A stretch of DNA of 64,000 nt from contig OZ281495.1 in NCBI GenBank assembly GCA_965637545.1, positions 32,612,001 to 32,676,000 of the forward strand, in the 5' to 3' direction. The translations under genes and the position numbers were made by a program. Source of the DNA: Phallusia mammillata. Lineage: Eukaryota. Positions 1-10,733 of the stretch are shown one piece after another. Under the pieces are notes generated by a model. The model did no database searches, had not been told where the DNA came from, and saw only the letters and a program-made list of their open reading frames with translations. The first letter of the stretch is position 1. Each line of letters opens with the position of its first letter.

Positions 1-653
1 TCTGCAATGGATGGTGGCGCATTGCAAACTGTAAAATGAAATGATTCAATAATTAGTTTGTTTGAGGGCAACCATGACTGAATAAACAGAGCAGTAGTGA
101 TTAAATGTGATTTTAGCAGACTGGGGATCAGCATAGTTTCCACGTTGGAAACATGTTTCCATATTTTCCCATTGACAGATTTTAAAGACAAGAATTTACC
201 AACAAGTTTCTTTACTAGGGATGAGCCGACTTGAGCCAGAACCCGAGTACTTGGTACCAATCATCGCTGTTTTTAAAGCTTAGTGCTCGGCCGAGCATTT
301 GCACAAACTGACCCGAGCATTAAACTTGCATATTCATGCCCTGCTAAGATACGAAACTAGTGTTCGAAAGGGTATCCAACAAAAATGACTGTTGTTTCAA
401 ATGCGTTGGATTGTAGAAAATGTGTACTTATGGGGTCTGTACAGCTTAATACACCGCTGGTGACGAAGGGGCAACGGAAAAGCTATAAAACTAGTGTGGA
501 ATTGGGAATGTCCGTGATAGGACAATGCACCAAGCGTGCTCAAATAAACAGAACATGTACGGGTTTGGCCCATCCCTATTCTTTACCACACAAATTTGAC
601 CTGAATAAAAGTATACTTTTCGTATTTACCTGCAAACAATTTCACTTTTACAA

Positions 654-1710
654 CTAGAAAGGTGGCTTTCTGATATATTTCCAATTTATATATTCTATGC
701 GATATTTACCAATTTACTATACACATCATTTGATCTACATATATGATTGTTTTTGCAAGCAAAAACAGATGGGTCCCCACACGCGCGTTTGTGCGGATTT
801 AACGTCCTGGTTATTTTTAGATTCTTAAGAAAAAACTTAACCAACTTTAGCAATAACCCAGCTTTAAAAGTTTTGTCCGTATTCTTTTTGCATCATTATT
901 GTCATATAATTACAAAAAAACAGTACATAAGAACGGGAAAAATACTTTTAGTTTAATCTCATGCTTTGACCTTGATATTGTTGTTCAAGGTCAGTTTTTA
1001 ACACAATTTTCCACAACTGAAAATGTGCTTGATACTTAATTAAACGACATAGCATAGCTGCGCAAAAACAGCTGATTTCTCATCACCGAAACGACTGTCT
1101 CGTAAAACGTCTGTCCGGACGTCTAGCTGAGAAATCCCGCTGCATTCACCCGCCTTAATCGTGAACAAGTGAATTACTCCCTTGAGAGTTGACACTTCTA
1201 TCTGACTGACAGTGTACACATATTATGGGCTGTAAAAGTAACTATTTGGCCGATTAAGGCAAAATTTTAAGTACTGAACGAATAACCTACTGCAAACAAT
1301 TGTTTAACATTTCAGCACATTAGGGCTTGTATTTTTGGCCTAAAACTTATTATTTGGGGGTTTAAGGGGTAAAATGGGTGACTCCAATAAAAAGTTACAA
1401 ATTTTTTTAGAAGACCTTACATTGCACCAACCAACAAACCAAACTCTCAGATTATGTACTTTAGTCAGTACAGCCGTTTTTAAATTTTTTTTGGGGGGGG
1501 GGGGGGCTGTGGGTGAACCACTGGGTCGTTTGGGGTCGAACTTCAGGAGGATCAAATTTGGAACAATAACTAACATCTGTGCAAATTTGAATAAATTTAA
1601 AGCACTCTTTCTTGACCAAACACGTTTAACAAACCAGTGTTAGACAGAAAAAAGAAAAAAAGATACGGACAAAAACAATATGTGTCCCCTTCATAGAAGG
1701 GGACCCATAA
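654..1710 (-). mobile_element. Non-autonomous Helentron/Helitron2-like repeat, copy A
   Basis: Similar along its length to 23821-24993. One end is a TTATGGGTCCCC terminus overlapping a 9-bp hairpin (1684-1704). An inverted copy, ATGGGTCCCC, lies at 769-778. The other end is an AGAAAG-CCAC-CTTTCT hairpin ending in CTAG. No TSD. Confidence 0.6.
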
Positions 1711-2627
1711 CAAGTGGAAAAATTGCCCCTGGTTGTGATTATGTACTAAACGTTTTCTTACCAACAAGCTGACATATTTGTGTGTTGGGTGGATCCCATG
1801 TTTTGTCATCCTGGCAAGTTATTGTTGCCAATCCAAGCAGGTCAAACTCTGAGGTGCAAGTGTAAGTTATCACAGACCCAGGGACATAACTGCCTAGAAC
1901 AGGTGAAAAACTTCCAGCAGATATTGTGATGGGTTCAGGGCATTCTGCAAATTAATAAACAATGCATAATGTACTTTAAAGTCATTAATATCTGCTATTA
2001 ATTGTTACAAAGCAGCATATTAACATGCAAGTTTGTTATTTTACTATTGCAAGTCATTTTTTTGTGCTACGTGTGGAAAAATCGTGCAACATCAATTTAT
2101 TAAGCAAAAACCACAATAAAATGTAATGAATAGATGCACTGTATACTTAAAATATAAAACTGAAAATGAAACAAGTCAAACAACATTGCAAAACAATAAC
2201 TAACATATTCTGTTCACGGCTGTATTGTTTTGCACAATTAATTAGTAAGTTACAAAGAAACATAAAAAACTAGTAAAACCTAATATCAAAAACCCAGATA
2301 AACACAACACACATGCATGCATATTGCCTTAACATTGCAGAAACAATTTACCTTTCAGTAAGCACTGTGGTGCTGTTGATTCGCTTCATTCACCAGAAAG
2401 TGAACATTGGTTACGAGGATTTCCAAACAAGTCATAGTTACTAGGACAGGAATATGTGATTCTTGTACCAGGAATATAATCTGCTGCGTTGGGAGTAAAA
2501 GAACCAAACTCCAATGAAGGAGGAGCACCGCATCCTGCAAGATTGAAATTTGAACTTTACATTTTCTTCTGTTTTTATTACAGACACATAATCTCAAAAA
2601 CTTTTGAACATTTGTGACTACATGGAC

Positions 2628-4058
2628 CAGGGCTTCCCAAACTGGGGGTCGCGACCCCGGAAGGGGTCGCTTAACAAACTTGAGGGGTCGCAGAGACCTG
2701 TATTAATTTTGCAGAAAGTACTCCATACACTGGCGCAAAGTACGAGGGTGTGGGGTGCCGCACACCCCCGCCCTTGACCTTTGTATAACGTCACAATTTC
2801 ATCTTTGTTCAAGTTCCATCGGTTTTAAAACGTTTCCAGCTAAGCGCAAAGGCGCTTATAGTGACGACATTGATTTGACAGACATCGGTTGAAACGCAAT
2901 AATTGCAATTGTTTTGAAATACACGGGCATTTTAATGCAACATAAACATGACATATATAGTTATAGACCAGGGATGGCGAACCTTTTTATTGAGTGGGTC
3001 AAACATGAGATCAGAATTCGGAAAGAAAACAAAGTGGGTCACATATTTTATTGTATGTCAATGTCAATGCTGAGAAGCTTGTTGCTGCATCTTCTCTGCA
3101 AGTCTTGCAATCCTAGGTAGTTTTCAGTTTAATACACGCAGCAGTCATATCTGAGCTAAGACTATTCCTGGACCTTAATTTTATGAAATTCATGTGTGAA
3201 AACAAGGATTCGCATGAATATGTGGAACCGAACAGCGTCAACAAAGTTACAACAAATCGTTTCAAGTTGTCTGTTAAATAAACATGTCTGTTGCCTCTCA
3301 ATTGACTCAACAATCTGTATTTTAAAACAATGATCAATCTGGCAAAATTTAACTGTTGTGTTGCTTTTTAATCTTAGGAAATCTGGTAACCCTGCCTATA
3401 GCAATCAGTACAAATTTTTGAAACTACAAGTGGGTCACTGGAACTCATTTGGTGGGTCACTTTGTGACCCGCGGGTCAGTGGTTCGCCATCTCTGTTATA
3501 GACTAACGTTTAAGTATTGTTTGGCGCAATAACTTTCTCTAATAAAAATAGGTAATAAATTTACGATTTTCAAGCAGTGTTTAATATCCGTTTGCAAAGC
3601 ACTGCAACGGCCTAAACTTGGTCCAAGGTGACCTCAGTTTAGGCGTCAACGATACATGATTTGCTTCTGCTTTTATTTTCCGCCCTAACAAATTACTTAA
3701 ACCCTACTAAAAAATCGTTGTTAAAATTGCTGATTCGGCAAATCGTTCTTTACAAACGTGCGTATGTTCTCGATGCACAGCAAACGTCCAAACCATACGA
3801 AGAAATTGTGACAAGTGCCTATTTGCAAAACAAATGTGACAGAAACTAAAGGCTAAAAGGTATCGGTGTTTGGACGTGTAAAGTACGAGACTCCGAGTAC
3901 CAGTAGGTTGTTTTATTTTTCGCTCGAATTAGGCGTTTCAATAAATACAACAAACGTATTTTTTGCATTGTTTATCTTTATCATATTATCCGTGAAGGGT
4001 CGCGGAAAATTTAAATAGATTAAAAGGGGTCGCGATCAAAAAAGTTTGGGAAGCCCTG
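2628..4058. mobile_element. hAT non-autonomous element
   Basis: Perfect 16-bp TIR CAGGGCTTCCCAAACT; 8-bp TSD ACATGGAC (2620-2627 and 4059-4066). Confidence 0.9.
2969..3495 (-). mobile_element. Nested Buster-type hAT deletion derivative with a transposase C-terminal remnant
   Basis: TIR CAG(G/A)GATGGCGAACC; TSD TTATAGAC. The minus-strand ORF 3113-3337 reads LFGSTYSCESLFSHMNFIKLRSRNSL, a hAT dimerisation-domain motif. Confidence 0.9.
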
Positions 4059-4219
4059 ACATGGACGACCCCATGACAAGAGACCAAGAAGAAGGCAAGG
4101 ACTACAGTACAAAAAAATACTAGTTAAACATGCAGTAAATGCCTTCTTCCCTAGTGCAGATAATTCGATGCTGCTTGAACCAACAGAATTTGAAAGAAAT
4201 TAATGACTAAACCAGCCAC

Positions 4220-4520
4220 GAGTTGTGTTCCGGGGGGCCATGGGCATATATTCACAAGAAACACCCACTAAAAGTCATTTTCACTTTAACTTTATTCCCG
4301 AATTTAATCGACAATTTCACATACTATTTGTTTATAGTGAGGTAATCATGCTCATTTACTCTATTAGACCTGTTTAAGGCCAAAATTAATACCGCATTCC
4401 AACGCGAGATTACTATCTACATTTTAAGGGGGCCACAGGTCCTGCAAGGTAACTTGAAGGGGGCCACAAGGCCAAAATGTTACTTTAAGGGGGCCATGGT
4501 CCAGGAAAGGTGGGGAACCA
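4220..4520. mobile_element. Degraded hAT-like MITE
   Basis: Repeated AAGGGGGCCA subterminal motifs and a GGGAACCACAG right end; no clean left TIR or TSD found. Confidence 0.4.
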
Positions 4521-5084
4521 CAGGTCTAAACACTAAGTGGATGACACTTTAGATTTATGTATTTTGTACTTGTAAATAAAAAATTGCTACAGCAAAATTA
4601 GGTATTTGCTGCCAACGCTTGTTTGTATTTGGGCAGCCACAAATTCAGAATTATAACAATTATATATAATTGTTACAAATCTTACTGTTGAAGCGACAAG
4701 ATGGAGCTATTGTTTGCGACCATGTTCCACCGGGCTGACATTCATTTGTTGCGTCGCCTGATAGAGAATAACTGCTGTCACATTTGTATGTGATGCTGAT
4801 GGGTGGTTGGTAAGTTGCTTGGATTGGTTCAAAACTGCCGAATGTGATTGGGGGTGGTGGACCGCATTCTGTGCAAAAAAAGTTCAAAAGTAGTTACCCA
4901 AAAAAAAGGACTAGTTTGTTACTTTATGTCAAAAAGTTAAACTAAATCTCGGATCAGTCAAAAAAATCATGTAAAAAATGATTGAATTGCCTATGAATCA
5001 GATTGGCAGCACCAATGATGGAGGCATTGCTCTGTCAAAAAGAATAAAACTGGAAAAGTGGCTTTCTAATAAACTTCCATTTTA

Positions 5085-5400
<316 letters not shown>

Positions 5401-6865
5401 TTAACCTGGACCTTTATGTAAATATTGTAACACTGTTAACCTGGACCTTTAGGCACCCCAGTGCAACATTCTAACTAAAATTAGGAGCACATAGGAGATT
5501 AAAAAAAAACACTTTCAACATTCATACATCTAACATGCTTATACTATGGATCCAATTTAATTAGACTGTATTATAGTTAAAGAGGCAAACAGTGATCGTC
5601 AGTTAAATGGTTTTTGATGTTGATGGTTTTGATCCATCCATTCTTAAAGTTGTCATTTTTAATTTAATTGGAAATTCTGTTTTATTGTCTACTGAACCCC
5701 AAACTGTAGCATATAATTAATTTCATTGATTGCAGAAAATAGTCTTATTGATTGCAAAAAAATACTGAATCAGAATTGTTTGTGATACACAATTTGGCTT
5801 TAAATAGTTGTATGATTTAAATCATGATATTTATGTCATGGTACATTTCATAAATATATTTTCCTTCATAGGTCTCACCTTCACATTTAGGTGGATTGAT
5901 GTAACCTGGAGGGCATTGTGTCCTCAAGCGAATAACTGAAAGCAGAGTGATAAGTAAAGTTTGCTGCACCCAAATGCTTCTCGTTAAATGTTAGACAACA
6001 ACTCACCATTATACTTGGATTGGTAACACTTTCTAGTTTCGGCATCCCAGCAACACCTCCATCTGTCACATGTTGATCTGGATTAAAAACACAGAAGATA
6101 AATATTACACACGAAATTGATGTTACACAACTATGCAGAAATTTACGGTGTAGCTGCAGTGTGTTTAGTCTTATCTGCCAGTTATGCCATCCACTATTTT
6201 GCACTCCATAACGTTGCACAGCTATTTTCGACTAGGCGATTGTTCAGTGCAACTGTGTTATGTGTTTTTTCACCAGGAGAAATTAAACTCAACTCATGTA
6301 ACAAATTTAAACGTAACAAACAAAATGTAAGATACAAGAAAGATACATTTAAAACAGGCTAATCACAATTAATCAATAAAAAGGTTTTTAACAAAATTAA
6401 TTATGCCCCTTGTAATCCAGCATTTATGTCATGCAAATTATATACTTTTTGCTGCATGTTAACCCAATTTTAACCCTCATTCGACAAAACAAGGTTGCAT
6501 TTTGTTTATTTTTTGTTCACATAAATATTTCTTTGAATTTTGAATGCACATTTTTAATTCACTCTGGTTTGATTTTATTACTTTGGGAAAGACAAAACAT
6601 AATTAGCAATGAAATGCCTATCATGCTGAAATTTTAGATACTATTATTTCATAATACATCTTTCTGTTGTTACATTGTGTATATAACTATTTGCCCATAT
6701 CTGTTAGTTACGTTTACAACTGTACCCAACAGAACGTATATCGACGTATATTCTTTACATGCATACAAGTTTTGAACCCCAAATAAATTTAAAAGTTGGA
6801 GCAAAGAAATAATATCGGTATATAATTAAAATGTAAACTGCACAAACAGAAAGTAAAAATAATAT

Positions 6866-6897
6866 AAGCCGCGGCTTACAATCGAGTAAATACGGTA
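6866..6897. repeat. Solo terminal fragment of a pogo/Tc1-like MITE
   Basis: GGCTTACAATCGAGTAAATACGG-TA is the near reverse complement of the terminus at 7760. Confidence 0.5.
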
Positions 6898-7419
6898 ATA
6901 TATTTTAGCCAAACATAAAAGTAATTTTGTTTACTTGTCTGGCAACGGAAATGTCGGTCCACATTGCTTTCGCTCGGTTGCTCCGTTGCAAGCTTCTCTG
7001 TGAACCAAACTTCCCGGGTAGTTAGGTTCTCCCCCGAACCGAAAGGAAGACCTGAAACACAAAACGAATTTATCCAAATGCTGCAAATCTATACTTTTAT
7101 TGTTGTGATAAAAAACTCCGAATTTTAGTTGTCAGCTTAAAATGCTGTTTTATTTTTTCTTTAAGAGATCGTTGGCGGGAAATTGACAAAATAAACGTAG
7201 AAATCATATTAAATTTTCATTTTTTTGCAAGATTTTTGCTGCGATCGTTCACTTAAGACTTTAATGTTTCGTTTGTCGTTAAACAGGTGTAGTTTAAAAA
7301 TACTTCTTACCTCGAAGGTTGCTGTTAACCGTTGGATGGAACACAAACTGCATAGTTGGCACTGAAAGCATAAAAGATAACAGATCGGTATTTGACTAGA
7401 TTGTTTGTTTAGGCTACAT

Positions 7420-7634
7420 CAGTGGTTCAAGCACTTTTTTTATTGCGACGCCTCTGGAAAAGTTTTTTGGATTTGCGACGCCCCAGCAAATAAACGTTTA
7501 TGAGGAAACTTATTATTAAAGTTGTGTTTATTGATACAACAACAAAAAGCTACGTAACGGAACTATTCTGCGACGCCCTTAGAAAATTGAAACGACGCAC
7601 CAGGGCGTCGCGACGCACAGTTTGAGAACTACTG
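7420..7634. mobile_element. hAT MITE
   Basis: Imperfect TIR CAGT(G/A)GTTC; exact TSD GGCTACAT (7412-7419 and 7635-7642). Confidence 0.85.
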
Positions 7635-7759
7635 GGCTACATGATTAACTTACCCCTTTGAAAGCAACGAATCTGTGAAAACCTTGGGAAACGATCATAA
7701 CAGCAGTTCCTACAAGACACAAAGTTTGTACTTCAAAAGCTATATTTTTGATTAACTTA

Positions 7760-7980
7760 CCGTATTTATTCGATTGTAAGCCATAGCCTAATATCGTTTT
7801 TTACGGTTAGTGCTGCTCATAATTGGGGGCGGCTTTATTTATGCTTTTAATGTCAAGCCGCTGTTTTCAACCGCACTGTACTTTAATAGAAAATGCGTTT
7901 CATTAGCATATCTTTAACATGTGTATATAATTTACATTAATATCTAAACATGACAGCATGAGGCTTACACTCGAGTAGCC
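7760..7980. mobile_element. pogo/Tc1-like MITE with a truncated right end
   Basis: Left end is TA-CCGTATTTATTCGATTGTAAGCC; a partial inverted copy, GGCTTACACTCGAGTA, lies near 7962-7977. Confidence 0.55.
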
Positions 7981-8934
7981 TATTTGTCGAACAAACTTAC
8001 CAAAACTTCGCAAAAATCTACCTGAATTCGCATTGTCGTCTGGTAGCAGCTGGAAATCTGCATGGTTTTCTAGAGTTCAACGAAACAAAACAAGTTCCAG
8101 GCTGCTGTTGGTGCGACAAAGTTATTAAGCTCGCGAAAACAGTAAAGGTGAAGGTTTGAGCTACAAACCGCTTCTGTCTGTTTTCGGCGTTTCGTGACAT
8201 TTTTCTATTAGCTGTGGTTCAAACTGCTTCGAAAAACGCTGGTCTAATTGCAAAATATTCCCAAAATGAAACAAACTGCTATATAAACTGATAAAAACTG
8301 CACCAAAAGCGTTTTTCCAGGGTTGCGTAATTATCAAGAAGCTAGAAATAAAACATAAATAACGTTCTTTAAAAACAAAAACTTGTTTGTTTTACGTTGT
8401 TGCTACATTTCAACCCAAACTTTACACAAACAATTCTGTAGGCTACACTTGCAATCATCTGTGCGAGCAATAAAGCATGAGCCACGTAATATTAAACAGC
8501 AATTTTGACACGAGAAAATTTTGCAGCCCTGTTCTGTTTAACTTTGCTTTTGCTTCGGGGCATGCGGATGATAACAAGATTCGCACCAGGCTCACAGGAA
8601 CACCGATAACACGACATTTTTTACGGCCAATTTACACCAAATTCAATCAATATGAAGATATATCTGTCATTTGCATTGAACATTAAGCCAAAGACTATAT
8701 GTTTGTGGAAACAAATAAAGCTTCATATATTCTGAAATCGTTACAAAAATGCGATAAATTGGGCTACAATGTGTTTTGTTTTGCTAGGGGCAATTTATGG
8801 ATTCAATTTCATTTAACCATAATTGGCAAGGAAGACAAGACCGGTTTGTAACGACAGCTGTTAATAGGAGAAAGGCTACAAAGTGGTTAGTGGAAATAAA
8901 CACTAGTGCGGTAAAATCGTGTATTCGTTTAATG

Positions 8935-9248
8935 CAGAGGCCGGCAACCCCTGGCACTCGTGCATATATTGGCACTGGAGGTGATGTTTCATGACACGCC
9001 AAACAATTTGCGTGTTTAGGCCAAAAATCAAGTACTCGTCAATATAATTTAACCTGTTTATACGTTGCTTGTTTTTAGTAGTCTTAAAACCCAGTTAAGA
9101 TGCACAAATCTGTCTGCTTTCTGTTTGCTATTGATATTAGCTGACACAAACCACTATTACCCACAAAAAATGTTTGCACGCGAAGTCATTACCTCGTGGA
9201 AATAATAAATAAATTGGCGCGCGTCGCTTAAAAGGCTGCCGACCCCTG
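8935..9248. mobile_element. hAT MITE between the two trefoil genes
   Basis: TIRs CAGAGGCCGGCAACC and CAGGGGTCGGCAGCC; TSD GTTTAATG/GCTTAATG (1 mismatch). Confidence 0.75.
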
Positions 9249-9462
9249 GCTTAATGGGTTGAAACTGTTTCAAGCCTCTAAGAATAAATGCAGAGAAGAA
9301 ACAAACTTGACTAATAAGTGCGTATTTATTTACAACACATAAAATCGATACTTAAATACATTTGTGTACAAAGGTGTGTTAACAGCCAGCTTACAAAAAG
9401 TATGAGGAAAACAGTTTGCAAGGATGATTCGTCAACAGCTTGATGACTTTAGCGATCTTCGG

Positions 9463-10697
9463 TTATGGTGCTGAAAATACAAACAGGTCATGCAGCGGAG
9501 TACTTGACAAATCTTGGGATTAGGCATATTGCAGTTGTTTAAAAGTTCTAAACGAGTCTTAACGGGGTTTGTCATTTTATGTTCGAGTAATGTGTTTGTT
9601 TGTTATTCGTGTTCCTGAGGGGCCAAATTCCACCCCCAGAAAAGTGATTCTTAACCTTTTTAGGCCCCATATGATTTTGGTCAACCCTAAGCCTACCAAT
9701 TCACAAACTTTGTGTAAATGTAATGTAATCGAAATCTTGAAAGACCCGTTATGTTAGCGGACTTGGGGTTGAGTAACACTTTCCTGCACAGCAGCCTTCG
9801 TTTAGCTCGGACAAAACTGCAAACAAACATAGGCATCGTATAACATTAGGAACTTACGTATGCTACATGTTGGTCCTGTGGCAATTGGGGTGCAAACGCA
9901 CTCGAAGAAAGGTGGCGCTGGTTTGTGGAGACAAGTTCCTCCGTTGAGACACGGAAAACTCAGACATGCCGTGTTAGTGGGACCTGTTGTTTGAATAGCA
10001 TGTTAAGACATTAAACGAGTAAAGAGGAAAAGAGTTCAACACTTAAAAGCAGTTATCCATCTGTTTTTACGACAAAATCAAACAAAAGTTTTCGAACCTT
10101 CGCGTCCCTATTTATTTAATTGGATCATCTTCGAACCTTAAGATTAAAAAAAGATTGTTAAAGGTAACTGTAGGGGTTGGCAAAAGCTTTGATATGTTTG
10201 GGTTTGGGGCGTTTAACTTTGGTTAAGTACTGTAGAAAACAATCTCTAAATACGAAAATTGCCAAAACACCCCTGTTATTGCGAGTAAAGTAATGGATTT
10301 GGCACACGAAAAGTTTCCAGACATTTTACGTTAGATAACGGATCTATAGAAAAAAATACCCCTGGGTTTGTTATCAGCAAAACATGAGTGAGGTTTAATG
10401 TTACGGGAACAGAGAGATCCGTGTTTTATCAAACTTTTTGAAAGATGGTTAACTTGGGTATAAAATATACTGGTGAAAACATCTTTAAAACCAAAAGTCC
10501 TTGCAGTGCAAAATTCCCACTGTAACGGTGAGTAAAATAATGGATTTGGTGCACGAAAAAGTTCAAAACCTTTTGCGTTGGATAACATAACTTATAGTGT
10601 AAGAAAGCAAAAACCCCGGGTTTGTTATAATAATGAAAACATTAGTGAGTTAAAGTTAGGAAAACAAAATGTGTCTTATAAAAGTTATCCAATTAAT

Positions 10698-10733
<36 letters not shown>

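Noticed and set aside
217-345. TAGGGATGAGCCGA, a possible hAT terminus
   Set aside because: No matching TIR or TSD found.
2386-2388. UGA recoding (Trp reassignment or selenocysteine)
   Set aside because: All other Trp positions in these genes use TGG, the position is Trp rather than Cys, no SECIS was seen, and the gene has a second, independent lesion.
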